NCBI GenBank assembly: GCA_003971905.1 | Contig: RSEE01000092.1 | Span: 186,001-250,000 of the forward strand | Direction of reading: 5' to 3' | From: Moniliella sp. 'wahieum' | Taxonomy: Eukaryota | Length of the DNA: 64,000 nt | In this document: one piece after another, positions 40,915 to 52,842 of the stretch | How the letters are laid out: every line of letters starts with the position of its first letter | How positions within the stretch are numbered: position 1 is the stretch's first letter | The notes under the pieces: generated by a model | Seen by the model: only the letters and a program-made list of their open reading frames with translations | The model's database searches: none | What the model was told of the DNA's origin: nothing | Program-made: the position numbers and the translations under genes

Positions 40915-41540
40915 CAACGCACAACTCACCAAGCACAACGCACAACGCACCATCGGAGGAGGAACAGAAGAACGAAAACGAAAACGAAAACGAGAACAAA
41001 ACGAAGCCGACAGAACGGACAGAACGGACGAGACGGACGAGACGGACAGAACTGAGTAGCAGAGTTCAACTGCTACTACCGCCGTGCAGGTAAGCCAACT
41101 CCAGCCAACCCAGCCACCCAGCCAACCCAGCCAACCCAGCCAACCCACACCACCAACCTTGGGATAGTACGCTAACACCCCACCAGCACACCAGCCCAAC
41201 ACCCCAACACCATACGATACCACGAGCCAAGCAAGGCCCATGAAAAAAAAAGAAAAAAGCTGTGGGGTCTACGGTGGTACGACAGAGCGCCTTAGCCTTA
41301 CCCCGGGGGGGCATGGAGCGTGGGGCGCGGTGACCAGTGACTAGTGAGCTAGTGAGGGAGGAAGGGGGTCCAAAGGCACAGTTGAGTTGCAAACAAACAG
41401 AGTCCAACGAGACAGATCAGCAAAAACCACGCGTCACGCGCACACAACAGAGCGAGCGAGCGAGCGAGGGTGGGGGGGGGGTGGGGGGGGTAGCACGTTC
41501 AACGTCCAACGTCCAACGTCCAACGTTCAACGTTCCACAT
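40915..41540. repeat. Microsatellite cluster 3' of the sedolisin gene
   Basis: (CACAACG)n, (AAAACG)n, (GACAGAACG/GACGAGACG)n, (CCAACCCAG)n, (AACGTCC/AACGTTC)n. Confidence 0.8.
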
Positions 41541-43238
41541 TCAAGGAACGTTCAAGACTTTTTCAGGGCAAGTGACCAAGGGGTCAAAGTTGAGGTAACC
41601 CAATCCGGAAGCCAAGTCCCACCCTTGCGTGGCGGGGAGGACGCCGCATCCTGTGCCGCCTGTAGATCCGTGCGTGATATCGGTGACCAAGTCAGGGTGG
41701 TGGTACAACCTAGAATGGAGGAAGCCAAGACGAGACTTGTTCATGTGCTGGCGCTTGTTATTGGCCAAAGCAAGGATACTAGCTGCGACAGGGGCAGCGA
41801 CCGACGTGCCTGCGATGGTACGGTTGTACCCGACGACGTAGACGGGTACGTTGAGTCCGGCAGCTGCGATGTCAGGGAACGCGCGGCCAAAGGACGTGTT
41901 GGCGCGACTGTGAATGTCGGCGCGCGCTTGGTCTAGGTACGCACGCACAGCACGACGTTGGTACTTGGGACGAGCAAAGTGGGTGCTAAACCCCGCTCCG
42001 CTCTGGTACGATTTGGTCCCGTCCACCGCACGTACCGGGTCAAAGTTTTGCGTTCCGCCCACACTCAGCACGTACGGGCACCCGCCGGGTACGGCGCGGT
42101 CCATTTGGTCTTGCATCCGTGTTGGGTGCCGTGGGATCCGTCGACGCCCGCATCGCCCGAGGCAAATACCACGGTCGTTCCTAGTGCCGTCAACTTTTGC
42201 ACGACCGAGCACAGTTCCTGCGCATGCGCTTTGGATACATCCGTTTCGTCCGTGCCGAACGAGACGCTGATCACACCGGGCAACTCGTTGCCATGGTAAT
42301 TGTCCAACACGTAGCGCAGCGCCAAGGTAAACTCGGTGCTCATGTCCAGCGTCTGGGACCACCGTACTTGATCATACCCATATTGAGCGCGCAGCAATCC
42401 CAGCAATCACCTCAGCGTCGACGTACCCTTCGCTGCCGTGGCCGGGGACGCCAGGTGCTTCAGCGCCCGCCTTGGACGCGTTGACTTTGAAGTGGAAATT
42501 GTCAATGTCATGAATCTTCGGACGGTACTGGTGCAGGTAGTGGTGCACATCCGCCTCGTCTGCCCCGGCACCGCCAAGGAGGAGAATCATCAGGTCGAGC
42601 GTGCCGTTAATCGGCTTGGGCTTCCAATGCCCGGCACCGTAAAAGTGGCGAAGACATTCGGGCGTGACCAGATCGTCGCGGCAGGTGTTGGGGTCCTCGT
42701 TGATCGCCTTGGTTTGGGCGGCAGTGATGACGTTGGCCGAGGCCGGGTCGGGGCGGGAGGCTGACGTGAGCGCACGGGAGGTCGAGTGGGCCGTGAAGGG
42801 ATACACATCGGTGATCATGTGCTGCAGCTGGGAAGGGATGTGGAGCTGGTGCGGCTGCATGGTAGCCGAGTGCGGGCTGCGGCGGTGGATGGGCGTAGAC
42901 CAGACGGACTGGGCTTGGTCGAGGGAGCTGAGGACAGTGAGGCGGTCGCCCATGTCGTTGAGTTGGATGTTGTTGGGGTGGACGCCCTTGGAGACGAGGA
43001 AGGCTTTGATCGCATCGACGTGGGCCGAGGGGCCGGCGACATAGCTCTTCAGTTCGTCGCGGCTGAGCCAGGGTGCGCCAGACTCGGACACGGCGAGCAT
43101 GCGTGCCTCCAATGCGTCCGAGTCGGCGGGCGCAAGGCTGATGTGGTAGGTGATCTTGTCGCTGGATTGGGTGGAGGCGGAGGCGGAGGCGGCGGTGGCC
43201 AGGGCGGCCAGGGCCAGGGCCCAGAGGTTGGCGAGCAT
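41541..43238 (-). CDS. Secreted sedolisin / tripeptidyl-peptidase (S53 family)
   Basis: Signal peptide MLANLWALALAALATAASA, prodomain, VTPECLRHFY, catalytic E-x3-D (SEGYVDAEVI), VFASGDAGV, VLSVGGT, GRAFPDIAA, AGTSVAAP, Ca-site DITHG...GWDLASGLG. Confidence 0.92.
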
Positions 43239-44404
43239 GGGGGGAGAGAAAGAAGGTGGGTGGGAGAGAAAGAAAGAAAGAAAGAGTGCAGGCCAGGACT
43301 GGCGACGTGAACACGGAGGGAAGTGAGTGATGCGAGGGGAGGGGGGGGGGGAGGGGAGGGGAGGGAGGGGAGTGCGAGGGAGAGAAGATGGAGGAGGTGG
43401 AGGAGGAGGTGGAGGTGGAGAAGCAGCAAAAGAAGAAGAGGGGTGGGATGGGAGAGGAAAGCCGCCAGCTTCCGCAGCAGACAGACGAGGTGGAGCGACG
43501 GCCCGCCAAGAAGCGTTGCTGAAAAGCTGGGCTGAAATTGAACCAGCCGACGGGTGAGCGAGGCATGGGCGATGTGTGATCCCTGCATCGTCGCTCGCCG
43601 CTGTGCATCGGCTCGTGTGCGCCACACAGGCGCCGTGCGGGGGCGAGCGAGCGTGCACGGGGAGGGTGCCCCGTGCGGGGAGGGTTGGTCCGTCCGACTG
43701 GCATGTTGAGTGCGGCGCGGCGGGCGCGGGGGCAGTGTGGTGGGAGCGACTGCCGATCTTGGGCAGGCTGCATGCACATCACATGCCCCACGTGTGGGCC
43801 ATCATACATCACATGTCACACATCACATGTTACACGTGTGCTGCAGCAGCGACCACGTCACCGTCACCGCGTCACCGCGCTTGCCCAAATGGGCAGATGG
43901 GCCACGTGATTCGGTTGCAGACCACCACCTCCTGCACATCTCCGCCCCACACCCTCCGCTCTTTCCCTATGTCCCTCTGTGTATATACACCCCCGTCAAA
44001 GCGCCTGCGCCCATCCAATGCGTGGGCGGCGGTGCGTGGCACGCATCCAGAACCGATATCGAACAAAGAAGCTGCATGGGGGGACCAGTGGAGAACGGGA
44101 GGAGAACGGGAGGAGAACAGGGAGGAGAAGGCCCAAGCAAGGATAGAAAGAGAGAGAGGTGGACAGGGGGGTAGGTACAGAGGCAAGAAGATGTGGAAGA
44201 TGGAGAGGAGAGGAGAAAGAAAGGGTGAGACGAAGGAAGGAGGAGGGGGGAAGGAAGGAAGGAGGAAGGAAGGAAGATCAATCACGACCCAATCGCTCGC
44301 TCCCTCCCTCCCGCGCAGGGAGATATCGCATCAGGTGTGGTACTGGGCCAGCTCGCGCTCCAGTGCATCTGAGGCGGGGGGTATCAAAAAAGCACGGCGG
44401 CCAA

Positions 44405-44765
44405 GCCAACCAGCAAACCAGCAAACCAGCAACCAGCAAACCAGCAAACCAGCAAACCAGCAACCAGCGGCAGAACCAAGCCATAAACAAGCACACAACC
44501 AACCAAAACAAACAAAGGCAGAGAGGCAGATAGGCCAAGAGGCAAAGAGGCGCAGCACAAGCCACACAGCCGGGGAGGGGCGCACAGATAAAAAAAAGTA
44601 AACTAGAGAGTCAGTCAGCTGTACCAAGAGAAAATCGAGCCAAGCGAGCCAAGTGGGACTCCCCCATCCCCTCCTCTCCTCCTCCCTTTTACCCCATTTA
44701 ACCCCTTGGACCCCTGGACCCCTGGACCCCTTGGACCCCTTGTGACCCTTGTGACCCTGGACCCC
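44405..44765. repeat. Simple repeats (CCAGCAAA)n and (GGACCCCT/GTGACCCT)n
   Basis: Visible tandem units at ~44405-44465 and ~44700-44765. Confidence 0.8.
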
Positions 44766-44806
44766 AAAGTCAAAGTCCCAAGAACCAGTACCAGTACCAG
44801 TACGCC

Positions 44807-47401
44807 TCACGTGTGCCCTCCGGGGGCACAGATGAGAACCCCCCAGACAGACAAGAGAGCTCGACGGAACTTGGTCGGAGCCTGGCCAAACTCATGATCG
44901 CGTGTGCCTTCCCTGGGCCGCGGGGGCTGGGCAATCGGACGACCATTGACACCGCGCGGACCACGGTAGGGTTCCATTTGCTCTTGCTCGTACGCGTGTC
45001 CCGCGTGTCCCGAGCCGAGAGCGTAACTGGTGCGGTAGGCAAGCGGCGCAGTAGGGTCCAGCTCACCCTCCCGCCCTGGAACGCGAACAGGCACGGGAAC
45101 GGGCACGGCAACAGGCCCAGGAGCGGTGATGGAGACGGGGACGGCAGCCGCGCCCGAACCGGAACTGGAACCAGCGTGATGGTGCGGGTCCAAGTCTGGC
45201 TGGGAAGGGTCCGGATCCAGGTCGAGAGCAAGGTCCTGGCTAGGCACCGACTGGACCTGAAAGTTGCCTGACCAAGCGCGCGACCGATGAGATTTCCCCC
45301 CCCCCGTACTGGATCGAGCCATGGTACCTGCGCCGCCGCCGCTCGAGCGCAAGCTCCATACGGGATCGCTATCGGTTGTCCAGGTAGGTCGATGACCTGG
45401 CCGACGCAAGCGCGCCAGTTCGTCCGCCAGTTCCGCCGCTGGGTCCAGCGCAACAGGCTCCGACTCGTACCCCACCAGATCCGTTACTTGGTCCGCCCCG
45501 TCCGGTCCAGAGGGCCCAGATATCATCTGCGTCCCACCTCCACCTTCACTCCGACTCAGGCCATTGGGCCCAGCAGTGGAAGGAGCAGTGACGGGGGTGC
45601 AGAGGTCCGGTGGCCGCGGGCGGAGAAGAGGTGGGCCAGCATCAAGAGGCCGTTGAAGCATTTCATGAGCCGTGGCAAACGAAGCTGAAGGTGCTTGAGG
45701 CGAGCCAACAGGCGCACGATCGGTCCACCGTCTTGCGCCTAGCCACAAACCACGCACGAGCCACGCACAGAGCACAGCAAGCGGAAAAGCGAAGCACGGG
45801 TCAACACGTCATGGCGAGGCTGGGGTCTCTCTCTCTCTCTTTCTCCTCTCTCTTTCTCGGGGGTCGGGAAAGGGCAAGGGGGGGAAAGGGGGGGGGGGGA
45901 AGAAAAGGGCAGGATAAGCGTGTCACGCCGGCGGGCGCGGCAGGGCAAGTCCGCGCAGCCCAGGGGCAACAGCAAAAATAGGGGGAGGGAGGAGGTTCGG
46001 AACAAGAAGGTGAAGACGTACCGCTAGGATTTTCAGTCACTTGGGCTTCCGGCACCGTCGCGGCCGGGGCATAGGCGTCCGAGCTGCTAAACACTTGGTC
46101 CCGGCTTGGCACGGGCAAACTAACCGGGCGGAAGCGGAAGAGAACATGCGTTCGCAGCCAAGTCAGTTGACATGCCTCACCCACACACACACACACACAC
46201 ACAACGGACAGCTGTCCGACAAAGAGAAACTGCAAGAAACATCAACCACACACGTACCTTTCTTGGCGACGGGGCTGTTGCGCAGCACGAGAATGGTACC
46301 GCACCTCGGCACGGAACGAGCGTACTTCGGCCAAAATCAAGTTGCGCATGCCCGCCACATCGTTGACATTCTCAAATCCAAAGTCAAACTTGGCAGGGCA
46401 AGCAGGTTCGTCGGCGGGATCGTGCCAGGCGGCGAGGTAAGGGTGTCGCAGTGCCTCTTCGCAGCTGATGCGCTTGGCCGGATCAAACGCCATGAGCTTG
46501 TCCAGCAAGTCGAGGGCGTCGGGGTTGGCGTTGGGGTATTTGACCGACCAGGGTACCTTGGGTTTGAACGGCAGGGAACGAACATAGTCTTGCGCCCGGT
46601 CGGAACCGATGCGGGACAAGGTGGCCTCCTCGGGGGTGCCCAAGACATCGAGGATCAAGTTGAGCTGGTCGACATAGTCGCGGCCCTTGAAGATAGGCCG
46701 GCCGCCGAGGAGTTCGGCGAGGATGCAGCCCACGCTCCAGAGGTCAATGGCGGTGCTGTAGTTTTGGAAGGAAAGCATAATCTCGGGGGCGCGGTACCAG
46801 CGCGTAGCCACATATTCGGTCATAAACCCGCCGCCCTGCATGCCGGCGTCGTCGGAAAAGCCACGGGCCAAGCCAAAGTCGCAGATCTTGAGGCCACAGT
46901 CGGCATTGACGAGGAGGTTGTTGGGCTTGAGGTCGCGGTGGAGGACGGAGGCCGAGTGGATATACTTGAGGCCGCAGAGGGTCTGGTAGATGAAGTTCTG
47001 GTAGTGGGCGTCGGTGAGGGGCTGGCCGGAGCGGATGATGGCGTGGAGATCGGCCTCCATGAGTTCCTCGTAGAGGTAGACCTCGTTGAAGGAGGTGGGG
47101 TCGATGATGTCCATGTCGTAGAGACAGGTGATTGGGGTGGCCGCGGAAGTGGCGCAGGAGCTTGATCTCGCGGAGGGCGCGCTTGGTGAGGATGCGCTTG
47201 TGGAAGATGTTGGTGACCTTCTTGACGGCGACGCCCTCGCCGGTGCGCTGGTGCATGGCGCTGGCGACGCAGCCGTAGGCGCCCTGGCCGAGCTCGCGGG
47301 TCATGACGTAGGCATTGTCGAGGAGGAAGGTCTGGCCGAGGACGGTGTAGGCGGTGCGAGCCGGCGCGGCGGCGGCGGTGGGCAGCGAGTAGGCCGTCCA
47401 T
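44807..47401 (-). CDS. SLT2: Cell-wall-integrity MAP kinase Slt2/Mpk1, introns 46257-46120 and 46021-~45685
   Basis: [82 protein letters not shown]. Acceptor of intron 2 uncertain. Confidence 0.93.
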
Positions 47402-47835
47402 GGGGGTGGTGGTGGGTTAGGGGGGGGGGCAGCCAGGGGGCGCACCGGCCGTTATGTAGCGGGCTGCCCGCAGCGGCCACCACCGGCCACGGCGAGCACT
47501 GCCCCCGCGCCAAAGGCGTGCGCGCTTACCTCAGCCGTCGGACTTCCGGCGCTGTGGTGGAGCAGCGCATTGCAGCGCACAGCCGCCGCGCCCCGCCTGG
47601 CTGCGGCCGGCCAGCGCAGTTCCGCCCCTGCTTCCGCCCCGCTGCCCGTTTCAAAAGCGCGCTGGGCATCGTTTACTAATCGAACCCTACTGCTCGTGCG
47701 CGCGGCGGGCGCCAGTGTGCGTGCGTGCGGCCTCACGCCTGAGGGTTAGCCTGAGCACCTTGACCGCGCCCGGAAAAGTAGCCCGCCCGACATTTGCTTG
47801 CTTGCTTGGCCTCGACCGCTCCCGCCACCACCGCC

Positions 47836-48382
47836 ATGCTCCGCTTGCTGCCACCCGCACCGTCGCCCGCACCGCCACACGCGGCGTCCGCTTCGCCCAC
47901 TCGGCCCCCATCAAGGAGTTCCCCCCCGCGCGCCCATCCCGCAGGAGTACTTTGGCTTTGTCCCGCCCGACGGCCAAGGCCGCCGCCCTTCAACAAGCAC
48001 CAGGAGCAGTACGTCGGCCACGCTGCCCACTCGGGCAAGCTGGGCCAAGATCACCTTCTTTGTCGCTGTCCCTGCCGTCACCTCGGCCTCTTCTACTTTG
48101 GTGGCAAGGAGTTGGACCACGCCAAGCACCACGAACACGTCCTGGCTGAGAACGACGGCGAGCTGCCCCCGCGGCCCAAGTACGAACATCTTAACCACAA
48201 AGTCCACGATTTCCCCTGGGGGCCCAGAGTTTGTTCTTCAACCCCAAGTACGTTCCTTCTCCCTTTTCCTTTCTTCGCTCTGTTCTCTGTTGTCTGTTCT
48301 CTTCTCAGTGCGTGTCCACTGACCCCACCTTCCCTGCGTGTTCCCGCTGCGATCTTAGGTACAACTACCCGCTGAGGAATAA
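47836..48382 (+). CDS. COX13: Cytochrome c oxidase subunit 6A, intron 48248-48358
   Basis: Mitochondrial presequence ML..ATRTVARTATRGVRFAH, HAAHS..WAKITFFVAVP, YEHLNHKVHDFPWG..SLFFNPK|YN. Confidence 0.9.
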
Positions 48383-49095
48383 GTGCATCGTGCTGTGTGG
48401 CTCGGGCGTTGCTTGTGTTGTTGCTGGAGGAAAGGAGCAATCGAACAGGCAAAGTGGATTATATTTTGGCTGGGGGGGGGGGAGGGGGCGGACATGCGTA
48501 GCGACATGCGTAGCGACATGCGTAGTAGATGCCCCACGAGACGGATCCCAGTTGTGGGTGGTAACGGCGAGAGAGACGAAGAGAGCTATGGAGGACGGAC
48601 CATGTATTACAGGTGTACGTGCTAACCTCGCCATCGCCATCGCTGCTGTTGGGATTCCGATTGGCACTGCGATGGTCTGTTGTCTATTTTCCATTGTCAA
48701 CACGGGCGGTCATGAAAAATTAATGTTGCTTCGGTCAACCATGAAATCAGCCAAAAATAAATTACTAACCTCCCGATGGAGAGGTTTGGCCAAACAACTT
48801 TGGCCACCTGAGGCCTGAGCTAAGGGCTTTGGCCACATACAGTCAAGCGCTTAGCCCAAATGGGCCCAAACGTTTAGCTGTTGATTAGATGCGTGCTTAG
48901 GTTCTCTAACTGGCTGGCTGGTTGGGGCAGGCATCGATGCAGAACTAGAGATATTTATACCACCAGGGCAGTTACTGTTGTAGGTATAGAATGCATTCGA
49001 AGATCGCTGGGAAGCGATTATACGGCAACCAACACAGTTACAGTTAGGTGCGACGTAGGACGGAAGCATCAAACGTAGCAGCAGTGGCAGGATAG

Positions 49096-50989
49096 TGTTA
49101 GGGGAGCGCGCACTAGGGAGAAGCTGGCCAAGTCAGCAGCAGCACACAGAGGGCTAGCGAGAGACACAGAAGATGTGCGACAGACTCACGGGTCAGGCGA
49201 TCAAGTCAGCCAGTAGCGAGGACAAGCGGGATGAAGTCGGAATGTACACGTGTAGGGCGGACGAGGTCAGGAACAGTCGGTATATGACAGATGGGACGTA
49301 CGACGGCGCGAAACACTCAGATGAGTCGAGGCCAACAAGGCGAGACGACTCAACCGTGGGATTTCGTGCATGCAGCAGCTGGGCAGACAGTATCAATGAC
49401 AGGACAACTCCAAGGGCGAAGTACGGGAACGTACGATGGCAAGGCAGACCAGCCAAGCGAGAGGACCACAGGCGACGCAAACGATGTGAGCAAGACACCC
49501 AAAGTGAGCAGACGGACAAGGGTGGGTCGAAGGCGAACGAGACGGCGCATGCACAAAACGCATGTGACCCACAAGATCAGCAGAAGTGAAGGGAATGCTG
49601 AGGAAGCGGGTACGTACAATGACGCTGCGGACCAGATAAAACGAGGACAAGATGGCTCGCGAGGGGGAGTCTGTATAGGCAGGCAGCAGGGCCAGGTCAG
49701 CAACGACGCGCAGTTGTGCAAGAGGAATGAGCACGTACGGCAGAAGCAATTCACGGACTGTGAGAGGGGGACGGGGCGAGGGGCAGAGAGGGCATCCAAC
49801 GCGATACAGACGAGGCGAGGAGGACAGAGTGGGACGGGAGAGGGAATGCAGACGTACGGCAGCAAAGAAGACCAGCCGAGCAGAACCGAGCAATGGGGGG
49901 CGGGACGATGAAGGAGGACAGTAAGCAGTGCAGGCAGCAACGATGGTGATGATGGGGGCCAGGGGAAGAAGGTGGTGCGGTTACACCATGGCGCAGAGCA
50001 CTCTGCGATGTGCTGGCTGCAGAGATGGGATACCAGTTGCGACTGGCGCGAAGAGAGGGGCGGTGGTGAGGGGAGAGGATGCAACCACAAAGGAGCAGGA
50101 AGTAATGAGGCCGGGTGCGGCGCAGCCAATCTGGGCGCACAGACCAATCTGGGCCACACCAGGGGCCTACGGAAGCTATATATGTCCTACGCCGCAAGAC
50201 TAGCGGCACTGCAGCAGTGTTCGAGAGACCAATTTTGAAGTCTCTCTCTGAGGGAAGCACCAGAGGGCAGGGCAGCAGAACGGCTAGACGCAGGCACCAG
50301 GGGGCAGACTGGCTCGACTGTACAAAATGTAACTACGCGTAAGCGCAAGGGACCAAGTGTCTCTCTGAGGGAAGTGTTGAGTATCGGACCACATCATCTG
50401 GATTTGAGACTCAACAGTTTGGTTAGGCACTGGTTTGGTTTGTCCTGCTTTGTGGGCTAATCGACTTGGTGGTCTGAGCTACAAGGTTGTCTTGGCTCGA
50501 GTTATCTTTTCTTTCTTTTCCCTACTTGGCGTATAAGTAGGACGACCCCTCGCGGGTATACAATGCTATTCTTTACCACACCCACTCCCTTTGGCTTGCC
50601 TGATAGACTCCGCTACTCTACAGGAAGCACCAGAGGGCAAGGAAAATCGGCTAGACGCAGGCACCCGAGAACAGGCTGGCCCGGCTGTACATCGACGAAC
50701 GAAGCGTGAGAGCACCAGAGACTCTCCGTGGGAAACACCAGAGCGCAGCGCAGCTCGGCTCTACAATGACTAACGGAGCGTGAGCACAAAAGAGACTCTC
50801 TCAGTGGGAAGCCAGAGAGCTCGGAAGTACAGTGACTACCTAAGCGTGAGCACAAGAGACTCTGGTAAACAGGCAGGCAGGCGAGTAGGCGAACCAAATG
50901 GAGAGAGAATCGGATTGAGGTTCGTTCATCGAAAGAAAGGGCATGGAAAAAGCGTGAGGGAGAGAGAGAGAGAGAGAGAGATCTCAACA
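49096..50989 (+). mobile_element. Degenerate large LTR-like relic with internal tandem subrepeats
   Basis: TGTTAG...CTCAACA ends, purine-rich, no coding homology recognised. Two CCAAT (50126, 50144) and TATATA (50177), then 4-5 degenerate ~70-117 bp units (TCTCT..GGGAAGCACCAGAG...GCGTGAGCAC). No TSD found. Confidence 0.5.
50375..50622 (+). mobile_element. 248-bp solo LTR
   Basis: TG...CA ends with 8/9 terminal inverted match (TGTTGAGTA / TACTCTACA), 5-bp TSD GGAAG (50370-50374 and 50623-50627), internal TATAAG at 50532. Confidence 0.85.
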
Positions 50990-51559
50990 ACCAAGGAGTC
51001 TACCAGAACAATCTCATCTCTGCTGTGGTTGCCTCTTGGCCCTGTGCTTCTTCCATATCCCTGGTGTGGAAAGAGGAAAGCCGCTAGAAGCTTTAATTAT
51101 TGCCGACCAAAAAGACTTCGCCCGAGCTCGTACCCGGGAGGCCCGATGGAACGAGATTGTTCCTGTCAAAGAGGGTTGAAACTCGTACCTCAGTGGCATG
51201 CTTTCCTAGCCATCTACAATATCTATGCTTCGGGCATCGCAGATCCCACCTCGAAATGCTGACCTCCTGCAAGTGTCGTGATGCTCAACGTTCGACTTCC
51301 GACACTTAAATTACCTAGCTGAACACAAAGGCGAAAATGGGCGGGTACTGGGTTCGTCGATGGCAAAGCGACGATTCCGAGATGGACTTTGCTTCTATAC
51401 CAACTTGCAACTTGCACCGTAATTTGGATCGTCTTATCCAAGTCAGTCTTCCACCCCATGCCCACCAGTTATTCTGTTCGGAGCCAGGCTACGCCCACGT
51501 TGCTGGTTTGATCCAGAGAGGACCAAAATCAAAGTCGGTGGCAAAAGGGAACCCTTCCG

Positions 51560-52842
51560 TCAGATGGACTGGAGAGATACCCGAGGCCGTACTATGAAGC
51601 GGGGGCGGTGGAGATGCCAAGCCGGAACGCTGGCTGGAGCACTGCTAGCTGCAGAGGAAGGCGAGATGAGTAATGGGGTGGCGTTATCTTTATCTTGGTT
51701 CCGCGTGTTGCATACTGATCGGTGGTGGGAGGGAAGATTCTTGGGCGCGGTCTGCCCCGTCCTAGGCGAAGACAACGTACAACTTTTTGGACGCAGTTGA
51801 TTCCCCTCGACCGCCGGCGCTGAGCCTGAACGCACATCGATCCCAGAAGGGCTGGTCAAACAGCTACTTGTAGGAGGAGGTAGCGGTGGTGGGTACACTC
51901 CCCCACCGCCTCGGGCCGCATTCGGACGTAGATCCAAGCTAGTGTCAGCGGGGTGGCTGATGTGTCTGTGTTTCGAGCTGGGACTGTCTGAGTGGCAGGA
52001 CAGGGAAGCAGAGAAAGTTTCGGAGAAGAGATGGGTGGGGGGGAGGGGTGCCACCGGTCCCGGTTTGGGCTTGGGAATGAAGGCCATGGCAGAAGAGGGA
52101 TCTGGATTCAACATGTCAAACGAGCTGGCACCGACCCCCTCGTCGCGCCCAGAGGAGAGGGGGACAAGAAAACTTGGATTGGCCGTGTCAAGGGGAATGG
52201 GGGGGTACATGCCCTTACTGAGCTGAAAGGCCAGCTGGTTGCCGGTACGGCCAGCCGTATCTCCTCCCGGGAGCGAGGGCCACACGCGGCGCTCGATGTG
52301 GTATGGGTGGGAGAGATGGTGGTGCGGACGGTAGGTAGGCAAGTCGGTGGTACCGCCGTAGGAGACGGGGAGCGCTGTGGCGCTGGGGAAGGCAGTACAA
52401 TGGGTGTGGGTGCCAGGTAGATCGAAGATGGTTGGTGGGGCATCGGAGAAGATTGAGGGCTGATGGATGCTAGACCTGGAGCGGGGGGTGCGGAGGCGGG
52501 ATGGGTGGGTGGGGACGTGGAGCTTCATGTGGCGCTGGAGACTGTCGGTGCGGGTGGAGCGGAACTTGCAGAGGGACATGCAAACGGCTTTTCGCCGGTG
52601 TGGGAGCGCACGTGGCGGCTCAGGCCATTCTTGCGGCGGAAGCGGTGGCCACACGTGGGACAAGCGTAGCCGCCAGCGGATGACACAGCATCATCAGCGG
52701 AGGCGGTGGGGGCGGCAGGGCCAAGAAGCGGATGTGCGGGGGGAGAGTGTGGGTGGTGGGGGGTGTCGAGGGCAGTGTCATGGGAGGAGCGGTCACAGGG
52801 GGAGGCGGTGCTGACGGGGGGGGAGACGACGGGGGCGATCAT
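51560..52842 (-). CDS. C2H2 zinc-finger transcription factor (two fingers)
   Basis: YACPTCGHRFRRKNGLSRHVRSHTGEKPFAC, then after a frameshift LCKFRSTRTDSLQRHMKLH. P/S-rich C-terminus; both ends approximate. Confidence 0.85.

Noticed and set aside
50243..50870. Spaced direct repeats superficially like a CRISPR array
   Set aside because: Eukaryotic context, degenerate units of unequal length whose 'spacers' are related to each other, and no cas genes. Better explained as LTR subrepeats.
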